64,000 nt of DNA from Alphaproteobacteria bacterium (GTDB lineage: Bacteria; Pseudomonadota; Alphaproteobacteria; JAPOUT01; G958296285). Of the stretch, positions 29,625 to 39,329 are shown in pieces. The translations under genes were made by a program, and so were the position numbers. The DNA is taken from assembly GCA_965204775.1 (NCBI GenBank), contig CBDBFH010000022.1, forward strand, positions 19,015 through 83,014. Reading direction: 5' to 3'. Below the pieces are notes generated by a model. The model saw nothing but the letters and a program-made list of their open reading frames with translations. It was not told the DNA's origin and ran no database searches. The number at the start of each line of letters is the position of its first letter. The first letter of the stretch is position 1.

Positions 29625-29632
29625 CCCGCCCC

Positions 29633-30370
29633 ATGTTCGACCTGAAAGACAGAGCAGCCCTGATCACCGGCGCTTCGGGAGGGATTGGCGGGGCCATCGC
29701 CCGCGCTTTCCACCAGCTGGGCGCGCAGGTCGCGCTTTCAGGCAGACGGCGCGACCGGCTGGAGGCGCTCGCTCAGGAACTGGGCGGGCGCGCCCATATC
29801 CTGCCCTGCGCCCTCGAAGACCCCGAAGCCGTCAAGGAACTGCCCAGGCAGGCCGAGGCCCAAATGGGCGGCGTCGATATTCTCGTCAACAACGCCGGAC
29901 TCACCCGCGACGGCCTCGCCATCCGGATGAGCGACGAGGACTGGAACGAAGTGATCCGGGTCGATCTGACCGCCGGATTCCTCCTGGCCCGCGGCGTTCT
30001 GCGCGGCATGATCCGCCGCCGCCGGGGCCGGATCATCTCGATCACCTCGGTGGTCGCCGCCGCCGGAAACCCCGGACAGGCCAACTACGCCGCCGCCAAG
30101 GCCGGAATCACCGGCATGACCAAAGCACTGGCCCAGGAAGTCGCCGCGCGGGGGATCACCGTCAATTGCATCGCCCCCGGCTTCATCGAAACCGCCATGA
30201 CCGAAGCCCTCTCCGGCGACCAGCGCACCGCCCTCGCCGCCCGAATCCCGGCGGGCCGCTTCGGCCAGCCCCAGGACATCGCCGCCGCCGCCGCCTTCCT
30301 CGCCGCCGACGCCGCCGCCTATATCACCGGGCAAACCTTCCACATCAATGGCGGCATGGCCATGCCCTAG
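29633..30370 (+). CDS. fabG: 3-oxoacyl-ACP reductase
   Basis: [28 protein letters not shown]. Confidence 0.97.
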   Translation: MFDLKDRAALITGASGGIGGAIARAFHQLGAQVALSGRRRDRLEALAQELGGRAHILPCALEDPEAVKELPRQAEAQMGGVDILVNNAGLTRDGLAIRMSDEDWNEVIRVDLTAGFLLARGVLRGMIRRRRGRIISITSVVAAAGNPGQANYAAAKAGITGMTKALAQEVAARGITVNCIAPGFIETAMTEALSGDQRTALAARIPAGRFGQPQDIAAAAAFLAADAAAYITGQTFHINGGMAMP

Positions 30371-30507
30371 ACCCCCGCCATCTCCCGCCCCCTCCCGCTT
30401 GGCGCAGGCGGCAAGGGTGTGCTAGGAAGGGCGCTGATCCAAAGCCGGTCACACACCGGTCGCACACACCGGTCCAACAAGGGCAATCGCCGAAGGGGTG
30501 GCACACA

Positions 30508-30759
30508 ATGGAACGAGAGAAGATTTTCGAGAAGGTCAAAAAAATCATCGTCGAGCATCTGGGCGATGAGGTCGCCGAGAAAATCAGCGATACGGCCGGA
30601 TTCGTCGACGATCTGGGGGCCGACAGCCTCGACACCGTCGAATTGGTCATGGCCCTGGAAGAGGCATTCGACATCGAAATCCCCGATGACATGGCCGAGT
30701 CGATTATGACCGTCGGGGATGCGGTCTCCTTTATCGAAAAGAAGGCCGGCGAGAGCTGA
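30508..30759 (+). CDS. acpP: Acyl carrier protein
   Basis: [19 protein letters not shown]. Confidence 0.97.
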   Translation: MEREKIFEKVKKIIVEHLGDEVAEKISDTAGFVDDLGADSLDTVELVMALEEAFDIEIPDDMAESIMTVGDAVSFIEKKAGES

Positions 30760-30799
30760 GGCGGAGCGCCTCTCCCTTCATGACCCGAAGCGCGCCGGA

Positions 30800-32068
30800 A
30801 TGAGCAGACGGGTTGTCGTAACCGGTTTGGGCTTGCTGACCCCTCTGGCCTGCGGAGTCGAAGAGAGCTGGCAGGCGCTGATCGCGGGCCAGTCGGGCGC
30901 CGGGCCGATCACCCGCTTCGATCCCGCCCGCCTGCCCTGCCGAATCGCCTGCCAGGTGCCGGAAGACGGGCCGCAGGCCTTCCGCGCCCAGGACTGGGTC
31001 AGCACCAAAGAGCGCCGCCGCCTCGACCGCTTCTCCCTCTATGCCGTCATCGCCGCCCGGCAGGCTCTCGAACACGCCGGATGGAAGCCGCAGACCCCAC
31101 AGGATCAGGCCGCAACCGGCGTCGCCATCGGCTCCGGAATCGGCGGCCTCGCCGCCATCGAAGACGCCGTGATCGCCACCCGCGGCCAAAAGCCGATCAG
31201 CCCCTTCTTCCTCCCCAAGGCGCTGGCCAATATGGCGGCGGGCAACGTCTCAATCCGCTTCGGCCTCAAGGGGCCGAACATCTCGCCGGTGACCGCCTGC
31301 GCCGCCAGCTCCCACGCCATCGGCGACGCCGCCCGCCTGATCATGTCCGGCGACGCCGAAGTGATGGTCGCCGGGGGCGCCGAGTCGGCCATCACCGAAA
31401 CCTGCGTCGGCGGCTTCGCCGCCTGCCGCGCCCTCAGCACACGTTTCAACGACGACCCCCGGCGCGCCTCGCGCCCCTATGACAAAGACCGCGACGGCTT
31501 CGTCATCGGCGAAGGGGCCGGAATCGTCGTCCTGGAATCCTGGGAGCACGCCCGCGACCGCGGCGCCAAAATCCATGCACAAATCGCCGGATACGGCCTG
31601 TCGGGCGACGCCCATCACATCACCGCCCCGGCCCGCGACGGCGACGGCGCGCTGCGCGCCATGCAGGCCGCCCTCAAACATGCACGCCTGAAACCCGCCC
31701 AGATCGACTACATCAACGCCCACGGAACCTCGACCCCGCTCGGCGACGAAATCGAACTCACCGCCATCTCCCGCCTCATCAACGGCGAGGATACAGGCGG
31801 CCTCAACCAGACCCTCACCGTCTCCTCGACCAAATCCGCCATCGGCCATCTGCTGGGCGCCGCCGGGGCGGTCGAGGCCATCTTCTCGATCCTCGCCATG
31901 CGCGACGGCATCGCGCCCCCCACCCTCAATCTCGACAATCCCGACGTCGAGACCGGTATTGATCTCGCCCCCAAAACCGCCCGGCGCAAGCGGATCGACA
32001 CCGCGATGAGCAATTCCTTCGGCTTCGGCGGCACCAATGCCTGCCTGGTCTTCACAAAACCGGACTGA
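30800..32068 (+). CDS. fabF: Beta-ketoacyl-ACP synthase II
   Basis: RRVVVTGLG, VTACAA, NAHGTST, GHLLGAAG, NSFGFGG. Confidence 0.97.
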   Translation: MSRRVVVTGLGLLTPLACGVEESWQALIAGQSGAGPITRFDPARLPCRIACQVPEDGPQAFRAQDWVSTKERRRLDRFSLYAVIAARQALEHAGWKPQTPQDQAATGVAIGSGIGGLAAIEDAVIATRGQKPISPFFLPKALANMAAGNVSIRFGLKGPNISPVTACAASSHAIGDAARLIMSGDAEVMVAGGAESAITETCVGGFAACRALSTRFNDDPRRASRPYDKDRDGFVIGEGAGIVVLESWEHARDRGAKIHAQIAGYGLSGDAHHITAPARDGDGALRAMQAALKHARLKPAQIDYINAHGTSTPLGDEIELTAISRLINGEDTGGLNQTLTVSSTKSAIGHLLGAAGAVEAIFSILAMRDGIAPPTLNLDNPDVETGIDLAPKTARRKRIDTAMSNSFGFGGTNACLVFTKPD

Positions 32069-33082
32069 ATGCAGGACACCGGACCTCCCCGCCGCTCCCG
32101 CCGCCTGCTCGCGGCTTTCCTGATCGCCGCCGCCGGGCTGGGCGGGGGCGCGCTGGCGGACCGGGCGCTGATCCATCTCGCCGGACAGCCTGGACCCGCG
32201 CCGGACGCTTCCGTCATCGTCATCACTCCCGGCGCGAGTCTCGCCGAAGCCGCCCGCCTTCTCGACCGCGCCGGGCTGATCGAAAACCTCCTCCTGTTCC
32301 GCTACGCCGCCTGGCGCGGCGCGCAGGAGGGAATCATCAAGACCGGCGAGTACGAGATCCCCGCCCGCGCCAGCGCGGCGCATATCCTCGCCATTCTGCG
32401 CAGCGGGCGCTCCGTCCTGCACCGGCTGACCATCCCCGAAGGCTGGACCGTCCATCAGGTCGCCGAAATCCTGCGCGCCAACACCCTGCTCACCGGCGAG
32501 ACCGGCCCGCCGCCGCCCGAAGGCTCCCTCCTGCCCGAAACCTATTATTTTATCCGGGGCGACTCACGCCGCAAACTGCTCACCCGGATGCGCCAGGCCC
32601 GCCGCAAGCTGCTCGCCGACCTGTGGGCCGCCCGTGCCCCCGATCTGCCTTACGCCAATCCCGGCGAAGCCGTCATCCTCGCCTCGCTGATCGAGAAAGA
32701 GACCGGCAAAGCGGAGGAGCGCCGCACGGTCGCCGCCGTCTTCCTCAACCGGCTGCAGCGGGGGATGCGCCTCCAGTCCGATCCGACCGTGATCTACGGC
32801 CTGACCGAAGGGCGCGCCCTGCTCCGCCGCCCCCTCTCCCGGCGCGACCTCGCCCGCCGGACCCCCTATAACACCTATCTGATCAAGGGCCTGCCGCCGG
32901 GCCCAATCGCCAATCCGGGGCGCGCCGCGCTCGAGGCCGCCCTCTCTCCGCCGGTCAGCGATCATCTCTATTTCGTCGCCGACGGCAAAGGCGGGCATCT
33001 CTTCGCCCGCACCCTCGAAGACCACGAGCGCAATGTCGCGCGATGGCGAAAGATCGAAAGCCGCCGCGCCCGAAAACCATGA
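32069..33082 (+). CDS. mltG: Endolytic transglycosylase MltG (YceG)
   Basis: TIPEG, LASLIEKE, LQSDPTVIYG, PYNTY..GLPPGPIANPG. Confidence 0.95.
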   Translation: MQDTGPPRRSRRLLAAFLIAAAGLGGGALADRALIHLAGQPGPAPDASVIVITPGASLAEAARLLDRAGLIENLLLFRYAAWRGAQEGIIKTGEYEIPARASAAHILAILRSGRSVLHRLTIPEGWTVHQVAEILRANTLLTGETGPPPPEGSLLPETYYFIRGDSRRKLLTRMRQARRKLLADLWAARAPDLPYANPGEAVILASLIEKETGKAEERRTVAAVFLNRLQRGMRLQSDPTVIYGLTEGRALLRRPLSRRDLARRTPYNTYLIKGLPPGPIANPGRAALEAALSPPVSDHLYFVADGKGGHLFARTLEDHERNVARWRKIESRRARKP

Positions 33083-33723
33083 CCCTCTCCTCGCGTGGCC
33101 TGATGCTGATCCTGTCCTCGCCCTCAGGGGCGGGCAAGACCACCCTCTCGCGCAGGCTGGTCAAGGACGACCCCCGCCTGACCCTCTCGGTCTCGGCGAC
33201 AACCCGGCCCCCCCGTCCGGCGGAAAAAGAGGGCAGGGATTATTTCTTCGTCACCCCCGAACGCTTCGCCCAGATGCGCAAGCACAGGGAACTCCTCGAA
33301 TGGGCCGAAGTCCTGGGCCACGCCTACGGAACCCCCCGCGCCGCCGTCGAGCAGACCCTGGACGAAGGCCGCGACGTCCTCTTCGACATCGACTGGCAAG
33401 GCGCGCAACAGCTTACCGCCGCCCGCCCCGGCGACGTGGTCACCGTCTTTGTCCTGCCGCCCTCGGCGCAGGCGCTGCGCGAGCGTCTGGCCAAGCGCCG
33501 CCAGGACTCCGCCCCCGTTCGCCGCCGCCGCCTCGCCCACGCCCCCGGCGAGATCACCCGCTTTGCCGAATATGACTATATTCTCGTCAATGACGAGATC
33601 GAGGGAAGTCTGGCCGCCCTGCAGGCCATCCTGCGCGCCGAACGCCTGCGCCGCCGCCGCCGGCAGGGGCTGACCCAATTCGTCGAGCGGCTGCGCAAAG
33701 ACCTCGAAGCCGCCGGCTCCTAG
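33079..33723 (+). CDS. gmk: Guanylate kinase
   Basis: SSPSGAGKT, SVSATTR, YGTP, DIDWQG. Confidence 0.97.
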   Translation: MTLSSRGLMLILSSPSGAGKTTLSRRLVKDDPRLTLSVSATTRPPRPAEKEGRDYFFVTPERFAQMRKHRELLEWAEVLGHAYGTPRAAVEQTLDEGRDVLFDIDWQGAQQLTAARPGDVVTVFVLPPSAQALRERLAKRRQDSAPVRRRRLAHAPGEITRFAEYDYILVNDEIEGSLAALQAILRAERLRRRRRQGLTQFVERLRKDLEAAGS

Positions 33724-34859
33724 CCCAGCGCTTCCTTGATCATCATCTCGTAATCCTGCGGCGTCGCGGGCCGGGGATTGGTGAAGGAACAGGCGTCGCC
33801 GGCGGCATTCTCAATCAGGCCCGGCTCGCGCCCCGTCACCCCCATCGCCGACAGATTGGGCGGCAGGCTCAGACGCGCATTCAGCGCCGTGATCTCCTCG
33901 GCCAGATCGGCTTGCGGGGACAGGCCCATCGCCTCGCGCAGGCGGTCATATTTATCCCCGGTGTGGGCCTTGTTGAAGCGCAGAACCGTCGGCAGGAAAA
34001 TCGCATTCAACGTGCCGTGGTGCAGCTTCAGCTCCCTGATCCGCCCGCAGGCATGACTCATCGCATGAACCGCGCCCAGCCCCATGATAAAGGCCATCGC
34101 GCCCTCGCTGGAGGCCATCATCATGTTCCAGCGCGCCTCGCGGTCGGCGCCGTCCTGATAGGCCTTCTCCAGCCAGCCCTCGCGAATCCCACGCCGCAGC
34201 CCGTCCAGACCAACCGCCTCGGCGGGCGGATTGATGATCGGCGACAACACCGCCTCAATGCAGTGCGTCATCGCATCCATCCCGGTCCCCGCCGTCAACT
34301 TGGGCGGCAGGCCCAGCGTCAATTCCGGGTCGCAGACCGCAACCAGCGGAATCAAACCCTGCCCCTGCCCGACAAAGGTCAATTTGCGCCCGTCTTTGGT
34401 GACGATCACCGAGCCGACCGAAACCTCGCTGCCCGTCCCCGACGTGGTCGGAACCGCGACCAGCGGCGGCAGGGGCTTGATCTTGTCGCGCCCGCCTTCG
34501 ATCATCGAATATTGCGCCAGCGGCGCAGGGTTGGAAACCAGTATCCCCACCGCCTTGCCCAGATCCATCGACGAGCCGCCCCCAACGCATAACAGGCCGT
34601 CGCATTTCTCCTCGTGATAGAGGGCCAGCGCCTCTTCCACCGCCTCCTCGGTCGGATTCTCCGGCGTGCCGTCGAAAATCACCGGCGACACATCATTGCC
34701 CAGCGCCTCGCGCACCTTGTCGATGATCCCCGCCGCGATCAGACCCTTGTCCGTGCACAGCAAGGGGCGCTTGATCCCCGTATCCTTGAGAATCTGCGGC
34801 AACTGCGAAATCGCTCCAAAATCAAATTCGGTGCGGGTCAAATAGCTGAGCGTGGGCAT
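33720..34859 (-). CDS. Iron-containing alcohol dehydrogenase
   Basis: GGGSSMD, PTTSGTGSE, DAMTHCIE, HAMSH, HHG; AGGAGGAG RBS. Confidence 0.93.
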   Translation of the reverse strand: MPTLSYLTRTEFDFGAISQLPQILKDTGIKRPLLCTDKGLIAAGIIDKVREALGNDVSPVIFDGTPENPTEEAVEEALALYHEEKCDGLLCVGGGSSMDLGKAVGILVSNPAPLAQYSMIEGGRDKIKPLPPLVAVPTTSGTGSEVSVGSVIVTKDGRKLTFVGQGQGLIPLVAVCDPELTLGLPPKLTAGTGMDAMTHCIEAVLSPIINPPAEAVGLDGLRRGIREGWLEKAYQDGADREARWNMMMASSEGAMAFIMGLGAVHAMSHACGRIRELKLHHGTLNAIFLPTVLRFNKAHTGDKYDRLREAMGLSPQADLAEEITALNARLSLPPNLSAMGVTGREPGLIENAAGDACSFTNPRPATPQDYEMMIKEALG

Positions 34860-35005
34860 TGGGCTCTCCTCCTCCTGAATGGGCCGGTTCAAGTCTCGCA
34901 TGGCCGCCCCCGGACGGCAAGAGCCGTCTGGCCTGCGCCGGGCCGGGTCTGCTATAGATTGAGACTCCCCCAAAGGCGGCGGGAAGCAGCAGGAAAAGGA
35001 GAAAA

Positions 35006-36229
35006 ATGAGCGCCGACGCCGCCTCCGCCGAAGCCGCGCCCCCGCCCGTCGCCTTCACCGGCGACCGGCGCGAATTGCTCGGCATCGTCCTCACCAATAC
35101 CGCCCTCAACCTGCTCACCCTCGGCATCTACCGCTTCTGGGCGGTGACCAATCTGCGCCGCTTCTACTGGCGCAACACCAGCGTCGACGGCGATCCCTTC
35201 GAATATACCGGAACCGGCCTTGAACTCCTGCTCGGCGCAGTGATCGTCCTCGCCGTCATCTTTGGCTTTACCCTGCTGCTGCAGGTTTCCGGTGGCATAG
35301 CCGCCAATCTGACCAGCCTGATCATCCTGCTCTATCCCCTCGCGGTCTGGCGCGCCCGGCGCTACCGCCTCGCCCGAACCCGCTGGCGCGGAATCCGCTT
35401 CAGCCAGCAGGGCGGACAATGGGCCTACACAGTCAAATTCTATGGCTGGTATCTGCTCACCACCCTGACGCTGGGGATCGCCTATCCTTTCCTGCGCCGC
35501 CACCGCCACGGCGCTTTGCTCGCCGCCATGTCCTTCGGCAATCAACCCGCCCGCTTCGCCGGAAACGGCAGCGAACTCCTCCAGCCCTGGCTGGCTGCCA
35601 ACGGCATCTATGTCGCCTTCTTTTCGCTCTTTCTGTTCCTTGTCTTTGGGCCGGCTCTCTTCGCCCCCCAGGCCGCCGAATCCCCCGTCCAGGAGGTTCT
35701 ATCCCTCCTGGAGACTCAGAATGCCTTCGCCATCTTCACCGCCTATATTCTGCTCACCGTGCTGGTCGTAATGACCCTCCTCGTCTATTATCGGGTGCGC
35801 GAATTCCAATTCTTCGCCCGGCATCTGCGGATCGGAGAACTCCATTTCTGGGCCTGGCTCAATCTCAAGCCGATCATCTTCCTCTATCTGCGCTATCTGG
35901 CGATCCTGCTCCTTCCCCTGATCCTCTTCGTGGGAGTTGCCGTTTATGCGTTTTTCGATCTGGTCGCGGCAGGGAGCACGGAAGGAGGAAACTTCGATCA
36001 GTTCGCCTCCTTTGCCGTCATTGCTTTTTTTGTCTTTGCGGTTCTCTTCTTCCTCTTCCAGAGTGTTGTGCGCCATGTTTTCTGGATCGCGCCGCTTCTC
36101 GCCTATGGCGCAGGGCGCGTGGCGATTGGCCGCTTCGACGAAGTTGAGCGGATTCAGCAAAGCGCCTCCCAGGAAATCGAGCGCGGCGAGGGCCTGGCCG
36201 AGGCGCTCGATATCGACGCCGGATTCTAG
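35006..36229 (+). CDS. DUF898 (YjgN) family membrane protein
   Basis: LTLGIYRFWA, FEYTGTGLEL, RTRWRGIRF. Confidence 0.88.
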   Translation: MSADAASAEAAPPPVAFTGDRRELLGIVLTNTALNLLTLGIYRFWAVTNLRRFYWRNTSVDGDPFEYTGTGLELLLGAVIVLAVIFGFTLLLQVSGGIAANLTSLIILLYPLAVWRARRYRLARTRWRGIRFSQQGGQWAYTVKFYGWYLLTTLTLGIAYPFLRRHRHGALLAAMSFGNQPARFAGNGSELLQPWLAANGIYVAFFSLFLFLVFGPALFAPQAAESPVQEVLSLLETQNAFAIFTAYILLTVLVVMTLLVYYRVREFQFFARHLRIGELHFWAWLNLKPIIFLYLRYLAILLLPLILFVGVAVYAFFDLVAAGSTEGGNFDQFASFAVIAFFVFAVLFFLFQSVVRHVFWIAPLLAYGAGRVAIGRFDEVERIQQSASQEIERGEGLAEALDIDAGF

Positions 36230-36240
36230 AGGCCGCACAC

Positions 36241-37407
36241 ATGCGCTATTCCACCTATTATGACGGCTTGAGCGCCCGGGTTCACAACGTCTTCCCGGTT
36301 TTGGAGCCGGGTCTGCTGCGCCTGCGCGACCATGAAGGCCGCACTCTTGCGCTGTGGATCGTCGAGGAAATCATCCGCCGCAAGTCGGGGGAAAGGGGCG
36401 TCTGGCTGCTCGTCCATGAGGGCGGCGAGGGCCGCCTCTTCCTGCGTGACACGCGCACCCAGGCCCGGCTGCGCGAGATCAATCCGCGTCTGGGCCTGAA
36501 CTTCGATGCCGCCCGCGCCGCCCGCATTTCCGGCCTCAGCCTCGCGCTGCTCGCGCTGGGCGGGCTGATCCTCTGGCAGGGTCTGCCGGTTCTGGCCGCA
36601 CAGCTGACCGCCGCCGTCCCGCCCGGGCTGGAGCGCAGAATGGGCGAGCGAATCCGCGGCGATCTTCTGGGGCAGGTCGCCTCCTCCCTCCCCGCCCCGG
36701 ATATCCTGACCTGCTCCCGCGAAGAGCGCATCGCCGGGGAATGTCCGGCCCGGCGCGACCTGCCCAAATCCGCCGCCCTGTGCGCCGAACCCGAAGGCAG
36801 CGCCGCCCTCCGGCGCCTCGCCGATCACGTCGCCCGCGATGTCGATCTGCCCTGGCCGCTCTCGGTCGAGGTCGTCAATATGAAAATCTCCAATGCCGGA
36901 GCCATTCCGGGCGGCTATATCGTCCTCTTTCGCGGCCTGATCGAAGAGGCCGAAAGCCCCGATATGATCGCCGGAGTCCTCGCCCATGAGATCGGCCATG
37001 TCGCCGCCCGCCACGGACTTCAGGGCCTGATCCGAAACACCAGCGCATGGTTCCTGCTCGGCCTGATCACCGGCGATCTGACCGGCGCGCTCGCCATCGC
37101 CGGGGTCGCTCTGGTCGGCGCGGCCTACAGCCGCGAAATGGAGCGCGAGGCCGACGCCTACGCCGTCGACTTGATGCGCCGCCGAAAGATCGACCCCGAA
37201 CCGCTCGCCGCATGGATGGAGAAATTGGGACAAGACGGACCGCCGGGACTCTTCTCCCTCTTCCTGACCCATCCCCGCTCACCGGAGCGGGCCGCAGTGC
37301 TGCGCGAGATTCAGGTCGAAAACCCCCGGCCCGTTTTGTCCGACTCCGACTTCGCCGCCCTCAAGAAAATCTGCGGTGAAAAACAGGAAAAGCCGGAACA
37401 GGAATAA
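36241..37407 (+). CDS. M48 family metallopeptidase
   Basis: HEIGH, YSREMEREAD, THP; usual partner of DUF898. Confidence 0.9.
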   Translation: MRYSTYYDGLSARVHNVFPVLEPGLLRLRDHEGRTLALWIVEEIIRRKSGERGVWLLVHEGGEGRLFLRDTRTQARLREINPRLGLNFDAARAARISGLSLALLALGGLILWQGLPVLAAQLTAAVPPGLERRMGERIRGDLLGQVASSLPAPDILTCSREERIAGECPARRDLPKSAALCAEPEGSAALRRLADHVARDVDLPWPLSVEVVNMKISNAGAIPGGYIVLFRGLIEEAESPDMIAGVLAHEIGHVAARHGLQGLIRNTSAWFLLGLITGDLTGALAIAGVALVGAAYSREMEREADAYAVDLMRRRKIDPEPLAAWMEKLGQDGPPGLFSLFLTHPRSPERAAVLREIQVENPRPVLSDSDFAALKKICGEKQEKPEQE

Positions 37408-37449
37408 GAACAAGAACGGGAAAGGCCCCGGCCCGGATCCGCCGGTCTT

Positions 37450-38304
37450 TTACGCTTCCCCGGCGGCCTCCCAGACGCGGGCCAGTGCGCAGAACGCCTC
37501 GACCGGCAGCTGTTCGGGGCGCAGGCCGGGGTCGATCCCGGCCTGCGCCAGCAAAGCGGGCGAGTCGGGGGTGAGGGTGCGCAAACTGTTGCGAAGCATT
37601 TTGCGCCTTTGCGAAAAAACCGCCGACGCCACCTCCCGCAAAGCCGCCAGACTGGCCGGAGCGCGCGGGCGGGGCAGGGGCTCCAGCCGCAAAATGCAGG
37701 CGTCCACCGCCGGTTGGGGCCGAAAGGCTTGCGCCGGAATCGAAAATAGAATCCGCGCCCGCGCCCGCCATCCGCATAAAACCGAGAGAAAGCCGTAATC
37801 CCGCCCGCCCGGCGCGGCGGTGATCCGCTCGCCCGCCTCGCGCTGAACCGCGACGGTGATGCTGGAAAAAACCGGCGGCCACGACTCGCCCCCCAGCCAA
37901 AACCCGATCAGCGCCGAGGCGATGTTGAAAGGCAGATTTCCCGCAATCCGCAAATGCCCCCGCTCCGCCGCGAAGCGCTCCGGGGCGAGGGCGAGCGCAT
38001 CGCCGATCACAAACTCGCAACGTCCGGGAAAGGCGGCGGCGATCTCCGCCAGCGCCGGGGCAAAGCGCCGGTCGCGTTCAATCGCCGTCACCTGCGCCGC
38101 ACCCTCATCCAGCAGCGCCCGCGTCAGCCCGCCCGGCCCCGCCCCGATCTCCAAAACCGCACTCCCCGCAAGCGGACCCGCCGCCCGCGCAATCCGCCCC
38201 AGCAGACTCAAATCCAGAATGTAATTCTGCCCCAGACTTTTGCGCGCCCTCAGGTCTTGCCGCCTGATCACCTCGCGCAGAGGCGGCAGACCCGCGCCAC
38301 TCAT
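37450..38304 (-). CDS. rsmA: 16S rRNA dimethyladenosine transferase
   Basis: KSLGQNY, EIGAGPGGLT, NLPFNI, QRRKMLR. Confidence 0.95.
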   Translation of the reverse strand: MSGAGLPPLREVIRRQDLRARKSLGQNYILDLSLLGRIARAAGPLAGSAVLEIGAGPGGLTRALLDEGAAQVTAIERDRRFAPALAEIAAAFPGRCEFVIGDALALAPERFAAERGHLRIAGNLPFNIASALIGFWLGGESWPPVFSSITVAVQREAGERITAAPGGRDYGFLSVLCGWRARARILFSIPAQAFRPQPAVDACILRLEPLPRPRAPASLAALREVASAVFSQRRKMLRNSLRTLTPDSPALLAQAGIDPGLRPEQLPVEAFCALARVWEAAGEA

Positions 38305-39329
38305 CGCGCCCGCGCCCGCGCCCGTGTTCGTGCAATCTCCCCGGCCAGCCTCAATGCCGCCAGCAAACTCGACGGGTCCGCAACGCCCCGCCCCGCAATG
38401 TCCGAACCCGTCCCGTGATCCGGAGACGCGCGCACAATCGGCAGGCCCAGCGTCACATTCACCCCATGCGCAAAATCCAGCGTCTTCAGCGCAATCAGCG
38501 CCTGATCGTGATACATGCACAAAGCCGCGTCATAGGTCTTGCGCGCCGCTTCGTGGAACAGGCTGTCCGCCGGGTGCGGACCGGAAACCAAAACCCCCCG
38601 CTCCGCCAGATCGCCAACCGCCGGAGCAATCACCTCCAGCTCCTCCCGGCCCAAAATCCCGCCCTCCCCGGCATGGGGATTCAGGCCGCAAACCGCAATC
38701 CGCGGCGCGGACAGGCCGAAGTCCTCCTCCAGACCGCGGGCCAGGCGCAGTCCGGCCTCCAGAATCTTCTCCCGCGTCAGCGCCGCCGGAACCTCCAGCA
38801 GGGGCAGATGCGTCGTAACCAGCGCCGTCTTCAGCGCCGGAGCCGCCAGCAGCATCAGTCCGGCCTGCGCCGCCCCGCAGCGCGCCGCGATATATTCGGT
38901 CTGCCCCGCCTCCGCCATCCCCGCCGCCCGCGCCATGCGCTTATCAATCGGATTGGTGACCAGCCCGCCCGCCCGCCCGCTTTGCGCCAGTTCAATGCAG
39001 CGGTCCAGCGAGGCCAGCGCCGCCCCGGCCCCTGCGCAGTCCGAATATCCCGGCCTGGCCGCAACCTTCCGCCCCAAAGGCAAAACCGGCAAAGCCTCCG
39101 GAAAAATCGCCGCCGCCTCCTCCGGCTCCCCGATTGCCCGGATGCTGCCGCCGATCCCCAAAGCGCGGGCCAGACCGCTCAGCCTTTCCGGATCGTCAAC
39201 CGCAAAAAACGCCGGAACCCCCCCCCCCGCCCGCCGCGCCCAGGCCTGCAGAGTAATCTCGCCGCCAATCCCGGCGGGGTCGCCCATGCTCAGCGCAAGC
39301 GGCCCGCCCGCCTCAACGCAGCTCGACAT
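38301..39329 (-). CDS. pdxA: 4-hydroxythreonine-4-phosphate dehydrogenase
   Basis: MGDPAGIG, GLNPHAGE, MYHDQ, SPDHGT. Confidence 0.96.
   Translation of the reverse strand: MSSCVEAGGPLALSMGDPAGIGGEITLQAWARRAGGGVPAFFAVDDPERLSGLARALGIGGSIRAIGEPEEAAAIFPEALPVLPLGRKVAARPGYSDCAGAGAALASLDRCIELAQSGRAGGLVTNPIDKRMARAAGMAEAGQTEYIAARCGAAQAGLMLLAAPALKTALVTTHLPLLEVPAALTREKILEAGLRLARGLEEDFGLSAPRIAVCGLNPHAGEGGILGREELEVIAPAVGDLAERGVLVSGPHPADSLFHEAARKTYDAALCMYHDQALIALKTLDFAHGVNVTLGLPIVRASPDHGTGSDIAGRGVADPSSLLAALRLAGEIARTRARARAR

Noticed and set aside
30445-30476. Short CACACCGGTC repeats upstream of acpP
   Set aside because: Two to three short imperfect copies; no support for a function.
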